Source: Patescibacteria group bacterium
GTDB lineage: Bacteria; Patescibacteriota; Patescibacteriia; PEXW01
NCBI GenBank assembly: GCA_041665345.1
Contig: JBAYJA010000001.1
Span: 393,206-457,205 of the forward strand
Direction: 5' to 3'
DNA: 64,000 nucleotides
The position numbers and the translations under genes are program-made. Shown here one piece after another: positions 54,340 through 63,122 of this stretch (positions are counted from its first letter, which is position 1; each line of letters opens with the position of its first letter). The notes beneath the pieces were generated by a model that saw only the letters and a list, made by a program, of their open reading frames with translations, was not told the DNA's origin and did not search any database.

Positions 54340-55011
54340 TCAAATTAAGTACGGGTACTCGGAAATGAAGTTTTTCCAAATCCGCGGGGCAATAGGCGCA
54401 ACGGTCGTCGTCAGCTGGTTTGCTGCCTGCAACCGCACAGGATGTTGCTCACGCCACTCTGCTGCCGTAATGCCGAACATGACGCCGTCTACCCGTTGAC
54501 CATTGATAAAGGCGATAGACCGACGCACGCCTTCTTGTTGGTAGCCGCAGGCGAGGAGACACTTCTGGCTGGCCAGGTTATGACTGAACGCTTCGCTATC
54601 AATCTTCTGCAAGTCCAGCGTATTGAAAGCGTACTCCAAGAGTGCCAGCTTGGCTTCCCGGCCATAGCCTTTGCCACGGTGCTGTGCGTTACCAATGTAG
54701 GAGCCAGTGGCTGCTCGGCGGTTGAACCAGTCAATGTGGTGCAAGCCCATGGTGCCAATGAGTGTGCGGACCTCGTTCTCTACTAGATCAATGGCAAAGA
54801 CAATGTCTGATGGTGGAATACCTGGGCGCATGATGCGCTCCAGCCAGTCCCGCTCTGCCAGTTCGCTGTACGGTGTGCGGACGGCAAGCACCAAGCGGAA
54901 TTCTGGCTGATTGATCCACCGAGTGAAGAACGGCAGGTCAGCCATTTCTGGGGGGCGGAGCACAAGGTTTGGGGTGGTAAGGAACGTAACGGATTGGTGT
55001 TGGTTTTGCAT
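54340..55011 (-). CDS. GNAT family N-acetyltransferase (RimJ/RimL-like)
   Basis: Acetyl-CoA binding core IGNAQHRGKGYGRE; start MQNQHQSV. Confidence 0.75.
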   Translation of the reverse strand: MQNQHQSVTFLTTPNLVLRPPEMADLPFFTRWINQPEFRLVLAVRTPYSELAERDWLERIMRPGIPPSDIVFAIDLVENEVRTLIGTMGLHHIDWFNRRAATGSYIGNAQHRGKGYGREAKLALLEYAFNTLDLQKIDSEAFSHNLASQKCLLACGYQQEGVRRSIAFINGQRVDGVMFGITAAEWREQHPVRLQAANQLTTTVAPIAPRIWKNFISEYPYLI

Positions 55012-55248
55012 GTGAACCTCCAAAAAATGTTTGAGCAAAAACAAAAATCTGCACCAGTCATATTTGGCGCAGTGCGGGTGAAAAAAAGTAGTTTCTCCAG
55101 TCTTACTTCACTCCCACAACGCCGAACATGCGGCAATCGCTGGCCTGTTTCCAGGTCAGAAATCCCATGCTGCGGTAGTGGTGAGCGAAGTTGTACATAA
55201 CGATTCGAAGTGTACACCCCAATTCCACTTAATGTCAATAATGTTTCT

Positions 55249-55335
55249 ATGCAACGTGTCATTCTCCACCTAGACATGAATTCGTATTTTGCATCTGTAG
55301 AACAACCTTTCGACTTCGCTCAGGGTTGCTCTTGA
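55249..55335 (+). pseudogene. remnant of a second dinB 5' end, encoding MQRVILHLDMNSYFASVEQP then a stop after 28 codons
   Basis: 16 of the first 20 residues match the downstream DinB N-terminus, while most third-codon positions differ (AT-richer). Confidence 0.45.
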
Positions 55336-55347
55336 GAATTTCCATTT

Positions 55348-56562
55348 ATGAGTCTACCTCGAGTGATACTGCACTTAGACATGAACTCATACTTCGCCTC
55401 GGTAGAGCAGCAGGCGAACCCGTTTTTGCGTGGGAAGCCCGTGGGCGTGTGCGCCACGCTCACCAACCGCGGCTGCATTATTGCGTCGTCCAAAGAGGCA
55501 AAAGCATTTGGGGTAAAGACGGGCTGCCGGGTGGACGAAGCTCGGCAGCGCTGTCCGAACATCCGGTTGGTGGAAGTGGATCCGTCTAAGTATCGTTCTA
55601 CCACCGAACGGATTTTTAAGCTTTGTGCAGAGTACACCGAAGATCTGGAGGCGTACTCTATTGATGAAGCTTTTTTGGATTTCACTAGCACAGTCCCAGA
55701 TTTACTAGCTGCGGCAAAGCTGGGTGAAGAAATAAAAGTGCGGATTCAGCAGGAGGTAGGCGAGTGGCTGAAGTGTTCCATGGGCGTGGCGCATACACGC
55801 TGGTTAGCAAAATTCGCCGGGGACACTGCACCCAAGGGTGGGTTGGTTATCCTGGATGACCGCAACCTTGGTGCCTACCTCAAAGGCCGTGACGTGCAGG
55901 AAGCCTGGGGGATTGCCGGGGCGACGGCTGCGCACCTGGCGCGGATGGGGATTACTACCCTGGATCAGCTGCATCAGGCTTCGCCAGTGAACCTCATGGA
56001 GGTTTTTGGCATTCGCGGGTATGAGTTCTGGGCAAACCTGCATGGCGTTGAGCTGGGTGGCGTGCAGGAAGAACGTCCGCCAAAGTCCATTGGGCATAGC
56101 CACGTCTTGCGCGTTCGTACCCGTGATTTGCGGTTCCACCAAACGCTGCTCATGCGCCTGTGCGAGCGCACGGGCCGGCGGCTACGGGCGCTGGGTTTAG
56201 AAGCGCACGGTGTGTACGCGCAGGTACGCCTGGAGCGGGCCGGTGGGCTGGGCTCCTCACACAAACTTGGCCACGGCATCACTGATACGCTGCCGCTCTA
56301 CCAGGAGGTCTGGAATATACTCAGTCCAGGTGTGACTACTGACCTACCTACGTTCTACGCCCTGGGTTTGTTCCGGCTCCGGCCTGTCACGCGGCAGCTC
56401 TCACTTTTCACTCCACCCAAAAATCACGCCCTTAGTGCGGCACTAGACGCAATCAACAGTCGGTATGGCGAAGAGACTGTTACCTTTGGTCGGCTCCGGA
56501 TGCTTCAAGGTCACCATGCGCCAGACCGCATTGGCTTCCGGAAGAGCGTGAGTTGGAAGTAG
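55348..56562 (+). CDS. dinB: DNA polymerase IV (Y-family)
   Basis: ILHLDMNSYFASVE catalytic motif and SIDEAFLD; full palm, fingers, thumb and little finger. Confidence 0.88.
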   Translation: MSLPRVILHLDMNSYFASVEQQANPFLRGKPVGVCATLTNRGCIIASSKEAKAFGVKTGCRVDEARQRCPNIRLVEVDPSKYRSTTERIFKLCAEYTEDLEAYSIDEAFLDFTSTVPDLLAAAKLGEEIKVRIQQEVGEWLKCSMGVAHTRWLAKFAGDTAPKGGLVILDDRNLGAYLKGRDVQEAWGIAGATAAHLARMGITTLDQLHQASPVNLMEVFGIRGYEFWANLHGVELGGVQEERPPKSIGHSHVLRVRTRDLRFHQTLLMRLCERTGRRLRALGLEAHGVYAQVRLERAGGLGSSHKLGHGITDTLPLYQEVWNILSPGVTTDLPTFYALGLFRLRPVTRQLSLFTPPKNHALSAALDAINSRYGEETVTFGRLRMLQGHHAPDRIGFRKSVSWK

Positions 56563-56755
56563 GTACAGTATTACGAATTACGAAAAAATCCTACGAATAT
56601 ACGAATTACGAATGGGGGAGGGGGGATGAAGAATGCGCAATGCTCCGAGCGTGGATCCCTGTACCCGCCCACGCACCATCTGGTGCGGAGCCCGCGCTCG
56701 ACCCGGATTGCTGAAGGGTGAAGAGTGTATGACTGACTGAAAAAACCATTCCCTC

Positions 56756-56843
56756 TCTGTCATCCTGAGGAGTCTTCGACGAAGGATCTTGTTGGTAGTT
56801 ACATACAAAGAGCAAGATCCTTCATATGATTCAGGATGACAGA
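56756..56843. repeat. nested perfect palindrome: outer 13-bp inverted repeat TCTGTCATCCTGA/TCAGGATGACAGA enclosing an 11-bp inverted repeat GAAGGATCTTG/CAAGATCCTTC
   Basis: Read directly. Sits between convergent dinB and the 765-aa gene. A TACGAA x5 direct-repeat array lies at 56563-56607. Confidence 0.5.
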
Positions 56844-56998
56844 AAGAAGGAGCGCAGCTAGTCTTTTTGATTCCGTGTTACAGCAAGATTGCCTGCCTCG
56901 TCGGGAGACAGGCCACGCTCCTGCTGGAGTTCGCAATGACAAGGAAAAGATCTCTACAACTTTATAGCTTTACGGCTCTACTGCTTCCCTGGTATCTA

Positions 56999-59296
56999 TC
57001 AAACCTGTCGCTTTACAATAGTCAAAGTTTGGATTTCATTGCCAACCAGGAGGTAGATTTTTTGGTTTGCCTCGTTGACGGTAAAGGCAGTCACTTCACC
57101 AAAACGTTCATGCGTGTACTGGTTGACAAACTTTCCGGTTTTCGTGAAGACTACCAGGCGTTTTCCAGCTGTGTCCAGAATGTAGATGTTCTGCAGGGTT
57201 TGATCCGCGGCAATTTTGGTAGCGGTGGTCAGCGGCGGGTCAATGGTTGAAAGCGCCAGCTGCACCCGATTCCCCTGGGTAAATTTTTGCACTTCACCAT
57301 TTCCGGCAAGGGTATAGATGGAACCATCCACGGCCAGGTCAACAGTATTGCTCACGGTTGCGGTTTGGCGGAGCCAGGCTGCTGCGCGGAAGTTTGCTCC
57401 ACTGCGGGTGGCGCGCAGGATGCTATTACCCGCAATGTCTACGGTGTACAGTGCAGTGTTGTAGGTTGCCAGACCAACGACATTCGCGTTGGTGTTTGGG
57501 CTGGTCAGGCTCACCCGGGTATTGCTGCTTACCCCCAGGCGTTGCTCCACAATTTCCAGGGAACCCGTAAGACCCAGGACGCTACTACTCCCGTAGCCAG
57601 CCAGGGCTTGCACGTCGGTGGCGCCGGTGAACGTTCCAGTAGTTTGCGCTGTGCCACCTGCTGCAGGGAGGCGGTACAGGATGTTGCTGCCGCTATCCAG
57701 GGTGAAGAGTGCGGAGCCCAGCATGGTTACGCTAGTGTAGGTCTTTCCCTCTGGTAAGCTAGCTATTTTTTCCGGTGTCGTGGAAATGGCGTGGCGGGTC
57801 TGGGTGAGTACGTCGTTGATAGAAGTGGCAATGCTGCTACGTCGCGCGGCATCAGCTTCGGCTTTTCGACCCTTCACCTGGGGCAGACCAGTCAGGGTTT
57901 TTTGCGCGTCCTGAAGCAGCTCTTTGGCTCGATCCTCATCGCCGTACAGCAGGGTGGTTCGCGCTTCAGCAATTTTTTCTTCAATCGTAGCGTAGGCGGT
58001 TTCGGCAGCTTGGGCTTTTGTGCTGCGCTGTTTTTGAATTCCAATGCCAATGAGGGTAAGGGCGAAGATGATTGCAATGCCACCCGTGGAAAGGAGGAGT
58101 AGTCGTGAACGCTGTGGAAGCAAACGTACTTCTCTGACGCGTTCCTGCATTAGCGTTGGCAGGGTTTGGGGAGCTTTTTGCACATGCCGACCAGCACGAG
58201 TGAGTGCAGAGAGTACCTTTGGTGTTGCCGCAACTGCAGAGCGTCCACGTTCCCACAAGAACTTTGGAATTTTTTTAAACAGGACATGGCGGACGTGCGT
58301 TAATCGTGGTCCACCAAAAGTTGGACGATTCCGTATGTATCGTTCTTGCGGCGCCGAGTAATTCGCAGGTCGCACAGGTTCATCTTCGGGTCGTTCCAGC
58401 ACAGGAGAAATACGTGTGGGCTTGTGTAAGATCCAGGCACGGAAGAACACCCGGCCGCGCTGCAGAATGGTTTGGGAGCCTCTTTTTAGTGCTGGCCACA
58501 GGGAGGGCGTAAGAAGTTCTTGGGTTTTTGCATCACGAGTAATGAGTTCATCCATGGATCGTTGGGGCGCTCCAGGAATATTTGTTCTTGGTAAGATGCT
58601 CTGCTGGGGCTGCACGTAGACGGCGGTCTGGCTTTGAATCACCACCGCAGCAAAGGCATTATGGTTTGGGTCTGACCGCAGAATATTTTCCAAGTGCTTC
58701 GCTGCACCACCCATGGGCGCTTCGGCAATGGTGCGGCGGATTTTCTCAATGGAAAAGTAGTCCAGGAGGTTTTGCGTCCCAAAGAGAATTGCGGCGTCAC
58801 CTTTCAATGTCCCCGAAGAAATTGCGGAAAGCAATTTCAAGGGGTTGGGTTTGCTGGGGCGGACGCCGTTGAATAGGTCAACAATTTGGCGACCTTGTAC
58901 CAGCATGCCAACCAACCGACCAATGTCGCTGAACAGCACCAGATCTTCACGGAGAACAAACACCACAAGAGCCAGGCGGTCAATCCAGTCGTTCCCAAAG
59001 TCACCAACCAGTTCACTACAGAAACGATTTGTTGCTTGGATGGTGTGCTCAAAAGCCACTTCTGGATTTGCTTCCGTGGAAGTGTAGTACGCTGCTTTGA
59101 GGAAATCTTGCAACCTGCTCAGGAGTTCGTGGTTCACCCGGTCGTTACTTTGCATTTCCGCGACAAAACCCAGCTTCCCAAGCACGCGTTCTTCCGCGGG
59201 GCTGGGGTGAGCTATGAAGACATGCGCAGTCGTCCGGCTGAGGGCTGCATCCGCAATTAAAAGTTTCTCTATACTTCCCATGCTTGTTCCAGTCAA
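56999..59296 (-). CDS. large hypothetical protein with a central TM helix and a C-terminal beta-rich repeat region
   Basis: 765 aa. A TM segment LLLLSTGGIAIIFALTLIGIGIQ splits a cytoplasmic-looking N-domain from a Thr/Gly/Ala-rich C-domain. Confidence 0.55.
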   Translation of the reverse strand: MTGTSMGSIEKLLIADAALSRTTAHVFIAHPSPAEERVLGKLGFVAEMQSNDRVNHELLSRLQDFLKAAYYTSTEANPEVAFEHTIQATNRFCSELVGDFGNDWIDRLALVVFVLREDLVLFSDIGRLVGMLVQGRQIVDLFNGVRPSKPNPLKLLSAISSGTLKGDAAILFGTQNLLDYFSIEKIRRTIAEAPMGGAAKHLENILRSDPNHNAFAAVVIQSQTAVYVQPQQSILPRTNIPGAPQRSMDELITRDAKTQELLTPSLWPALKRGSQTILQRGRVFFRAWILHKPTRISPVLERPEDEPVRPANYSAPQERYIRNRPTFGGPRLTHVRHVLFKKIPKFLWERGRSAVAATPKVLSALTRAGRHVQKAPQTLPTLMQERVREVRLLPQRSRLLLLSTGGIAIIFALTLIGIGIQKQRSTKAQAAETAYATIEEKIAEARTTLLYGDEDRAKELLQDAQKTLTGLPQVKGRKAEADAARRSSIATSINDVLTQTRHAISTTPEKIASLPEGKTYTSVTMLGSALFTLDSGSNILYRLPAAGGTAQTTGTFTGATDVQALAGYGSSSVLGLTGSLEIVEQRLGVSSNTRVSLTSPNTNANVVGLATYNTALYTVDIAGNSILRATRSGANFRAAAWLRQTATVSNTVDLAVDGSIYTLAGNGEVQKFTQGNRVQLALSTIDPPLTTATKIAADQTLQNIYILDTAGKRLVVFTKTGKFVNQYTHERFGEVTAFTVNEANQKIYLLVGNEIQTLTIVKRQV

Positions 59297-59395
59297 GTGT
59301 CCTCAGTATACTACAGCTATCCCACCTGGGCGAGCAGCCGAACTTGCCCGCGAAACCGCATTTTTACAGGCGTTTTGGACGTTCGCTCAACTCTA

Positions 59396-59955
59396 TGCTC
59401 GACACCCTTTTTGGTTCTGCAACTCGGTATGCCCTTTTGCGAGTCCTGGTCTTCAACCCAGGGCGTTTGTATACCCCGGTGGAGTTGGCCAAGAAAAGCG
59501 GACTTACCCCAGGCGCAGTCCGCGCTGAACTCAAACGGCTCCAGTTGAGTTTGTTGGTCCGTATGACGGAAAAGGACAAACAGGTGGTGGTGCAGGTGAA
59601 TGCCGAAACCGCAATTTTTCCAGAGTTACGAGCTCTCCTGTTAAAGGCACAGTTACTTACGGAGCAAGATTTTGGAACAAAACTTGCCCGCATCGGACGC
59701 GTACAGTACGCCGTGCTCACGGGGTACTTTACCAATGTTCCAGAAGCGCAAACTGATGTGTTCATTGTGGGCACGGTGAACCGGCAAAAGTTGCGCCGGC
59801 TGGTGCGAGCATTCCAACGCGCAATTGATCATGACTTACGCTTCACCGTACTCTCCAAACGCGAGTACAAGTACCGGAGTGATATTACTGATCGTTTTCT
59901 GTACGACATTGTGGAGAACCGAAAAATTGTTCTCATTGACCGGCTACAGCGATGA
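59396..59955 (+). CDS. hypothetical winged-helix-like regulator
   Basis: N-terminal ...LLRVLVFNPGRLYTPVELAKKSGLTPGAVRAELKRL resembles a wHTH. Low confidence. Confidence 0.4.
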
Positions 59956-60815
59956 CCGGGCGAATCTTAGTGCTGATTGGTACCGCTGCACAGGCGTACG
60001 TTGCTTGGAGTGATGGTCGGGTAACGCAGAACCGAAGTGCGGCGCAGTTGGGGCGGGGGAATGTGTACCTGAAGCTCCTTACCCAACTCAAGCGCCCCCG
60101 CTCCACCGCGGCAACAATTGCCGTGGCAAGTTCGGGTACCCGCTTTTCTCAAGAGCGGGCGCTGGTGGCTACAGCCAATAGTTTGGCTTTTGCCTGGGGC
60201 GCAACCTTAGTTCGGGTTCCTGTACCAATCCTCCCCTTGTCCAAGGAGCAGCTCGCAATGTTCTTGCAGCAGCTGCCGCGGGGGCATCGGCAGCCATTGG
60301 CACCCACGTATGCTGCGCCGCCGAATATTACGCTAGCCCGGCCGTTCACGGGTACCCACATCAATGCTGGAGGTCTGGTCTACGATCCCGCCAAAAAAGC
60401 CTTGCTCTTTGTGCAGCGCCTAGATAATCATCGAGTTGGCGCCCCCAAGGGGCATAAAGAACCACAGGAAACCATCCTCCAAGCTGCGGAGCGAGAGATT
60501 GGAGAGGAGACTGGCATTGTGGGTTTGGAATGTTTGGGTCGACTCCCAAGCGTTACGTATCTCTCCGATGATCATGGAAAACTCCCAAAAAAAATTCCCC
60601 ACCATTTGCATCACTTTCTCTTTTTGCGCAAAAGTAAGCGGACAATTTCAGTGGTGAAAACTGGTGAGGTGGCTAATCTTCGCTTGCTTTGGTACCCAGC
60701 GTCCAGCCCCCAACCACCCGCAAAACTCCATGCTGACCTGAAGCCTGTTTTCACGCAGGCGGTAGCAATTTTACGTGCCAAAAAACTCCTCTCTCGTCCC
60801 AGCGGTAAGAAGTAA
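59952..60815 (+). CDS. fusion of a degenerate TsaB/YeaZ-like N-domain with a NUDIX hydrolase domain
   Basis: N-terminal ILVLIGTAAQAYVAWSDGRV...VASSGTRFSQERALVATA parallels TsaB ILAIDTATE...GPGSFTG. C-terminal Nudix box GAPKGHKEPQETILQAAEREIGEETGI. Confidence 0.5.
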   Translation: MTGRILVLIGTAAQAYVAWSDGRVTQNRSAAQLGRGNVYLKLLTQLKRPRSTAATIAVASSGTRFSQERALVATANSLAFAWGATLVRVPVPILPLSKEQLAMFLQQLPRGHRQPLAPTYAAPPNITLARPFTGTHINAGGLVYDPAKKALLFVQRLDNHRVGAPKGHKEPQETILQAAEREIGEETGIVGLECLGRLPSVTYLSDDHGKLPKKIPHHLHHFLFLRKSKRTISVVKTGEVANLRLLWYPASSPQPPAKLHADLKPVFTQAVAILRAKKLLSRPSGKK

Positions 60816-60850
60816 TTCGACAATCACATTCTCTACTTTTCCAGGCACAG

Positions 60851-61627
60851 CTACCCAGCCGTGGCCAGGTTTGGGAATAACCAAGAGGTTGGAAAGGGGA
60901 GCTGGGAAGGCGCGCGTTCTGCAGTTGGCTCGGGTACTACTTCTTCACCTCGAGCCCGAGCGTAGAGTTGCAGGCCAGACCGACCCAGAGCTCGGAGCAC
61001 GGCAGTTGGGGACTGCTGGGCAAAGTCAGCAATTGTACGGATCCCTGAGGCCTGCAAAGCAGCTGCTGTTCGGTCACCCACGCGGGGGAGCAAACGAACT
61101 GGGAGGTGGTGGAGTATTTCCGCATTCTGCGGCGCCAGGTACTGCCAGCCGGGTTGGCGCAAGCCCCGTCGGGCAAGTTCGGCGTACGTTGGGGTGGAAC
61201 CCATGCCCACCGTCACCTGGCATTCCAGTTCTCGCCAGCACGCTGCTTGGATTTTTAGGAACAAGCTTGTCCGTTCCAGCAGGGTGAGGCTTGTGGTGAC
61301 AAGCATTAGGTCTGCGCCGGCATGGCGAACCACGCTGCCCCAACGTTTGCCTAAGCGCTTGTAGACCTTCAGAAAGGCGTCCAACCGCTGGGTATTTTGC
61401 GGGCGAAGCACCAGCCGTGGAGCACGCTCCATAGCTTGCGCCACAGTCATTCGCGTCCGCACGCCCAAGCTCCGGGCTGCGTCGTTTGCATCCACGATGC
61501 GGGGCTGCACTCCGCCTAAGTCCGCGATGGCAAATGGTGTGCCGCGCAGTTTTGGGTGCATGGCCTCTTCAATGCTCACGGCGGCGTGCCAGAGTTGAAT
61601 AGAAATGGTGGTTGGTGCGTGGGTCAT
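60851..61627 (-). CDS. truncated catalytically inactive Y-family polymerase homolog (ImuB-like, 258 aa)
   Basis: Collinear with the DinB palm, fingers and thumb (LRGTPFAI...GVRTRMTVAQA...HhH GDRTAAAL) but LWH replaces DxD, and the little finger is absent. Sits immediately downstream of lexA. Confidence 0.6.
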   Translation of the reverse strand: MTHAPTTISIQLWHAAVSIEEAMHPKLRGTPFAIADLGGVQPRIVDANDAARSLGVRTRMTVAQAMERAPRLVLRPQNTQRLDAFLKVYKRLGKRWGSVVRHAGADLMLVTTSLTLLERTSLFLKIQAACWRELECQVTVGMGSTPTYAELARRGLRQPGWQYLAPQNAEILHHLPVRLLPRVGDRTAAALQASGIRTIADFAQQSPTAVLRALGRSGLQLYARARGEEVVPEPTAERAPSQLPFPTSWLFPNLATAG

Positions 61628-61663
61628 AGCCGAAGGAAAACCGAAGAGCGAAAGAAAAAAAAT

Positions 61664-62280
61664 TTAGTACTTTCGAATCAAGCCAATCACTTTCCCCTGG
61701 ATGGTTACGGACTTCACATCAATGGGTGCGTACAGGGCATTCGCTGGTTGCAAGCGAATGAAGTTTTTCTTCTTGAAGAATTTTTTTAGCGTGGCCGTGC
61801 CGTCATCCAGCATGGCAACCACCATATCCCCATCCCGCGCCATGTCCGTTTTTTCTACCACCACCATATCGCCATCACCCACCAGGCTTTCAATCATGGA
61901 GTCTCCCCGCACTTTGAGTAGGTACGCGTTCTTCTTCCCCACAATTTCTTGCGGTACAGGGAACATTTCATCTTTGCCAGCATAGGTCTCAATGGGGGAG
62001 CCGGCGGCAATGGCACCCACCAAAGGTAGCATGATAGCGCTGCCAAAATCTTCCTGAGCACTTTCTTGCGTCACCAAGGTAATGCCGCGGGTGTTGTTCC
62101 GATCACGGCGAATAAAACCAGTTTCTTCTAAGAAGCTTAGGTGCTCGTGTACCGTGGCTAAGGATGACAGCCCAAAGGCCTTAGCGATTTCCGTCAGCGT
62201 AGGCGCATATCCATGCTCTTTGACGTACTTGGTCAAGAAGTCGAGGATCGCACGTTTCTGCTTGTGGAGGATTGGAGCCA
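61664..62280 (-). CDS. lexA: LexA repressor
   Basis: N-terminal wHTH (APTLTEIAKAFGLSSLATVHEHL) and an S24 peptidase domain with GDSM and a Ser-Lys dyad. ATG at 62280. Confidence 0.85.
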
Positions 62281-62398
62281 TGGGGAGAGTCGTAAAGCTG
62301 CTCCGACGCTTCGGTCGGAGCCCCGACATCCCGTTGCGGGATCGTCGGGGTAGAGCCCTAAAGCCGTAGGCCGTAAGCGCTGACTGAGGTGAAAAGAG

Positions 62399-62426
62399 TA
62401 TAGCCGAAGGAAAACCGAATAGCAAG
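62399..62426 (-). promoter_or_regulatory. lexA promoter TTGCTA-N17-TATACT whose spacer is TTCGGTTTTCCTTCGGC (candidate direct-repeat LexA operator TTCGG-N6-TTCGG)
   Basis: Read on the minus strand. A near-identical 24-mer (61626-61649) lies immediately before the ImuB-like ATG. Confidence 0.4.
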
Positions 62427-62737
62427 CATACTCATAACGAATTGTTGGGGCTTTATTGGTATTGAATCAGTGCGCTGTACAATAGGGTGTGGATAACTTT
62501 CTGGCTAAGGTTAGATTAGTAATGCATAGGGAATTTGTTTATTATTGACTGTTTCCTGAGGTTTTTGGGTACTTATCCTTAGGAAAAGGTTAGTTTTGTC
62601 TTTTCCTTAACGTCTTTGTTTATCGTGGTTATTTCCTTGACATACTCTGGGATAGGTTTAGGCTTTAGGTAATACAGCACAAAGAAGGTTGGTGAACTCG
62701 CACCTTTCAACCATCTCTTCGTTAATCTTTGATCATT

Positions 62738-62962
62738 ATGACAAAGAAAAGTATTGGTATTGCCGTGGTGGCGTTAATTGCCGCCGGTGCAGGGTTTCTG
62801 TTTATGCAGAAGACGCCTGCCGCTCAAGCAGTAGGTGGGTCAAGTGTTACCTGCATTCAGGTATGCTTGGCACAGAACTTTGAAACTGGCCAGTGCGAGC
62901 AGTGGGCACCACGTCCACATGCGTGCTTTGACAGCCACGCTGCAAACCTTGTTACAAAGTAA
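62738..62962 (+). CDS. small secreted Cys-rich peptide (signal peptide plus a 4-Cys mature region)
   Basis: MTKKSIGIAVVALIAAGAGFLFMQKTPAAQA, then ...CIQVCLAQNFETGQCEQWAPRPHAC. Low-GC region divergent from lexA. Confidence 0.45.
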   Translation: MTKKSIGIAVVALIAAGAGFLFMQKTPAAQAVGGSSVTCIQVCLAQNFETGQCEQWAPRPHACFDSHAANLVTK

Positions 62963-63029
62963 TTTTTCAGTAGACAAAAGCATCCTTCATTTGGGTGCTT
63001 TTGTGTAGGTGGAAAGTTGTTTTTTTCCC

Positions 63030-63058
63030 TTGACAAAATTGAGGGAAAGGCGTATAGC
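63030..63058 (+). promoter_or_regulatory. promoter TTGACA-N17-TATAGC for the downstream lipoprotein gene
   Basis: Canonical -35 with a 17-nt spacer; RBS AAAGGAGGG before the ATG at 63123. Confidence 0.4.
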
Positions 63059-63122
63059 AAAGGGAAGCATCGGATGATCTTTGAAAATTTTACTTTCAAT
63101 ATATTGAGAAAGGAGGGTGCGT

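Noticed and set aside
62440-62560. Palindromic LexA box of the CTGT-N8-ACAG or GAAC-N4-GTTC type
   Set aside because: CTGTACAATAGG and TATTG-N16-CAATA are present but neither matches a known LexA consensus; the direct-repeat spacer motif is the better candidate.
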